DNA from: an uncultured Planctomycetota bacterium
GTDB lineage: Bacteria > Planctomycetota > Planctomycetia > Gemmatales > Gemmataceae
Assembly (NCBI GenBank): GCA_963835245.1
Contig: CAWIEZ010000001.1
Coordinates: 156,543 to 220,542 of the forward strand
DNA length: 64,000 nucleotides
Direction of reading: 5' to 3'
In this document: in pieces, positions 60,836 through 64,000 of the stretch
How positions within the stretch are numbered: the first letter of the stretch is position 1
Layout of the letters: each line of letters starts with the position of its first letter
The notes under the pieces: model-generated
Seen by the model: only the letters and a program-made list of their open reading frames with translations
What the model was told of the DNA's origin: nothing
Database searches by the model: none
Translations under genes and position numbers: made by a program

Positions 60836-63800
60836 ATGGCGACCGATCTGGGCCGCGTCAAGTCCACGCCGGCGAGCAAGTACGATGCCTTCGTCGCCTC
60901 GCAACTGGCCCAAGCCGAGAAGCGTATCCGTCTTCTCGACATGGCGGCCGGTCTACTCGGCTTCGCCGCTTTGAGCTTGGCCTATGTCGTGGTCATGGTT
61001 TTCTGCGATAGCAAACTAATGCTCGCGCCGCAGACGCGGCAGCGGTCGCTGTACTTCTTCCTGGCCGGCGGCGCCGTCTATTTGTTCTTCGTCATCCTCC
61101 GCCCCCTCTGGCTGCGCGTCAATCCGTACTATGCGGCGCGGCAGGTCGAGCAGCTGCTGCCGCACGCCAAGAACAGCATCGTCAACTGGGTCGATCTGCA
61201 CGAGCAGCCGCTGCCGCCGGCCATCCGCGGCGCACTGGGCCAGCGAGCCGCCAAGGATCTGTCGCACGTCGATCTCGATCGCGCTATCAGCGGACGCCGT
61301 GCCGCCTGGATGGGCGGTTTCGCCGGTCTGTTCGCCGTCGTCTTTATCGTCTCGTTCTTCTTGCTCGGCCCTTCGCCGTTTCTGTCGTTGCTCAAGCGGA
61401 CATTCAACCCGTTCGGCGGAGCCGGCATCTCCACGCGCACGCAGCTGACGCTTCTGAAGCCGCAAGGCGGCAACGCCACCGTCACGGTGGGACGGGGAAT
61501 CAATTTCGTCGTCGAGGTCAACGGCAAGGTGCCCGATCCGAAAGCGCCGGATGCGGTGAAAATGCTGTATCGCTATGAAGAGGGCGATCCCTGGCTCGAA
61601 CGTCTGCTCGTCCAGGAGCCGAGCCGCGAATGGACGACATCGCTGTCGGCCATCGAGGTCAAGAACGGATTTTGCTACCGCATCACCGGCGGCGATGCCG
61701 CGACAGAGGAATATCGCGTCGGCGTCCGCGCCGCTCCAGCCATCACCAATTTCCTGGCGACGTATCACTTCCGCCCCTACGTCGCCCGCGCCGATGAGAT
61801 CCGCCGCGAACGCGAAGTGAAGGAGCTGCGCGGCACGGAGGTTCTACTGCGTGTGCGCACCAATCGCATGCTCCGCGATGGCCGGATGGAGTTCGAGGGC
61901 AAGGACGGCGCGAAGATCGTGCGCGGCGACATGGACCCCAATGATCCGCATACCCTGCTCGTTCGTTTCGTCCTCAATGAAGACGGCAAATATCGCTTGC
62001 ACTTCACTTCGACCGAAAGCGAGGCGTATAGCGATCTCGTCTCCTATCGCGTAACGGTGATTGCCGATCGGCCGCCGGTGGTTGAGTTGACGAAGCCGGG
62101 CAAGGACATCCGTTTGCCGGCCGATGCACTGCTCACCCTAGAAGGCAAGGCCGAGGACGACATCGGCGTCAAGAGTTTGACGCTGCGTCTGCGCGTGGTT
62201 GCCGGCGACAAGCTGCGCGGACAGCCGTATCGCTCAGACAACCAATTGCGCTTGGCCGATGGCGGTTATCCGCGCAAGCTGGAATACAAGGACTTTATCG
62301 AACTGTCCCGCGTCAAGACGGAGGACGGTCAGGCATTTCCGCTGCGCGCCGGCATGGAGTTGGAATACTGGCTGGAAGCGAGCGACGCCTGCGATTATCC
62401 GCAGGCCAACGTCGCTGAGAGCAAGCATTATCGCGTGCTGCTAACCGAGCCGGAAAAGAATGAGCCGAAGCGCCAGCAAGAAAAGAAACAGAGCGAGAAA
62501 GACAAAAAACAGCACGAACAGAAGCAGGATCAGAAAAACCAGAAGGAGAATCGGGAACGTCAACAACAGCGACAAGAGCAGGAGGCACGGAACAAAGAGG
62601 AAGAGAACAAGAGCAAGGATGCCGACAAGGGTGCCGCCGGTGAACAGTCTAAGGGAAAAGAAGGTGAACAAGGAAATAACGCCGAAAACGAGGATAACAA
62701 AGAAGGACAGGGCGCGAACAACAAAGAGCAGGGCGAGAAAAATGAGTTGTCGAAAGAAGATCAAAAGACTGAGGAGCAGATCAAGAAAGCCCTAGAAAAG
62801 AAGGAAGCCGGCGAGGATGGCAAGGGCGAAGCCAAGCCCGATAAGGGCGATCGAGGCGAAGGGAAGGAAGGACAACAGGGCAAACCGGATGGCGACAAGT
62901 CCGGCGGTGAAGGCAAGGGAGCGGACCCAAAGGACGCCAAGGAGTCCGGCGAAGGCAAGGACAAATCTCAACCGCAAGCCGGCGGCGACCCCTCGCAGGG
63001 CGATGGCAAAGGCGATAACCAGCCCAGCCCGAAGCCCGGCGATAAGAGCGAGCCAAAAGGCAACGATCCGATGAACCAGACCGGCGCCGGCAAGACGAGC
63101 GAGGGCAAGGGCAAACCGGATGCGACGCCGCAGCCGAACAAGGGCGCCGGGCAGGATCGAGATTCCGCCAAGGGCGAAAGCAAACCTACCGACGGCAAAG
63201 GACAGCAAAGCCAGCGCGAGACGGCCGCCGACCCGAAGGGCAAGGGCGGCCAACCGTGGCGAGGGCGAGCGCAAGGACGACGGCAAAGCGGAGGCTAAGC
63301 AGGGCGATTCGCCGCCCAAGGGCGCGCCATCCACCGAGAACGGCGCTAAACCGCCCTCCGGCAAAAAGGAAAACGATTCCACGGGTAAGAGCGAGGGCAA
63401 GCCGGACGCCGTCGCTCAAGCGCGCAACGCCACGGCGAAGGAGATTGAGGATCTGGCCAAAGAATTGCAGAGCAAAGATGCGCCGGCAGCGCGAAGAGGC
63501 GAAGCGCCGGCTGCAACGCATCGAGAAGGAAGCCGCCGATCCCGATGCCCGCGACAAAGCCGGCGAAGCGCTGGAAAAAGCAGGCCAGCCGGACGGTCCC
63601 GCCGACAAGGGATCGCCGAAATCAGGCAACGGCTCCGATGGCAAGCCGGACGGCGAACGCAAGGACGGTGAAGACGGCGACAAGAGCAAAGGTTCCGGGC
63701 AAGAGAATGGCCAGGGCGGCAAGGACAAGCAGGGTTCGTCATCCGGCGATAAACCAAGAGAAAGTAAAAGCTCCGAGGGCGGCAACACGCCGGGAGACGG

Positions 63801-64000
63801 CGGCGCGCGCGGCGCAGCGGCGATGGCGACAGCAATCCGGGCGATGCCTCTCCTTCCAAAAGCAAACCTGCCAAGCCGCGCGATCATCGCGCCGCCCAGA
63901 TGCAACTGGAAGACTTCGCCAAGAAAGTGAACAAGGACATCCTCAAGGACGCCGGCGTCTCCGAAGAGGCGTGGAAGAGATATCTTGAGTCCAAGCGCAA
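60836..64000 (+). CDS. large membrane-anchored protein with extremely K/E/G/D/Q-rich low-complexity C-terminal region (partial, runs off the window; frame changes after ~63240)
   Basis: N-terminal TM helices (LLGFAALSLAYVVVMVF; YFFLAGGAVYLFFVIL; GGFAGLFAVVFIVSFFLLG) and a globular middle region. Charged repeats start ~62450 and continue in shifted frames (63120.., 63256.., 63545..). Confidence 0.55.

Noticed and set aside
62440-63300. Short periodic A/G-rich repeats (possible CRISPR or satellite)
   Set aside because: The repeats are in-frame codon-level low complexity (K/E/G/D/Q) and continue an upstream ORF. There is no repeat-spacer organisation.
1-64000. tRNA/rRNA genes
   Set aside because: Scanned for T-arm (GTTCGA/GGTTCGAATCC-like) and rRNA conserved stretches. 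None were found, though without a proper covariance-model search a divergent tRNA cannot be fully excluded.

Overview
High-GC window with the hallmarks of a Planctomycetota chromosome (taxonomy is an inference from gene content). Supporting features are a PSCyt1-DUF1549-DUF1553 gene next to a DUF1501 gene, an ECF-sigma/WD40 fusion, tandem Ser/Thr-kinase-TPR genes, and GH57/GH5/GH18 enzymes.

The flanks look like core genome (both ends). Left of about 14.4 kb: alanine dehydrogenase, a SABATH-like methyltransferase, two clan-AA aspartic proteases and an alpha/beta hydrolase. Right of about 26.2 kb: sulfatase, a prenyltransferase-repeat protein, flotillin, NifU-like, a GH57 branching enzyme, prfB, GH5, oligoendopeptidase F, two STK-TPR kinases, SGNH hydrolase, sugar-phosphate isomerase, vapBC and a GH18 chitinase.

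Between about 14.4 and 26.2 kb lies what looks like an accessory/mobile island. Its GC content seems lower by eye (not computed). It carries:
- two diverged, inverted copies of an IS-like module: an IS4/IS5-type DDE transposase with an N-terminal SWIM zinc finger, plus a divergently transcribed ribbon-helix-helix gene. A shared palindrome CTACA-N-TGTAG sits in both divergent promoter regions.
- one copy of that module truncated by an IS3-family insertion (orfA/orfB with an A7G slippery site and ~40-bp terminal inverted repeats).
- cargo between the two modules: a eukaryotic-like Ser/Thr kinase fused to Sel1 repeats, and several small unknown proteins.
- three clusters of a strictly 20-bp-periodic direct repeat (core TTCTCTTGCAA; 4, 5 and 2-3 copies) at about 15.0, 21.7 and 26.1 kb, bracketing the two sub-segments of the island.

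Outside the island I see three families of palindromic REP-like repeats (two to four copies each) and one 36-bp perfect palindrome at the island's left edge.

At least about 15 genes need a frame change to stay colinear with their families (prfB has one extra, unprogrammed indel beyond its known programmed +1 shift). That points to sequence or assembly error, or to widespread pseudogenisation. I found no CRISPR array, rRNA or convincing tRNA.
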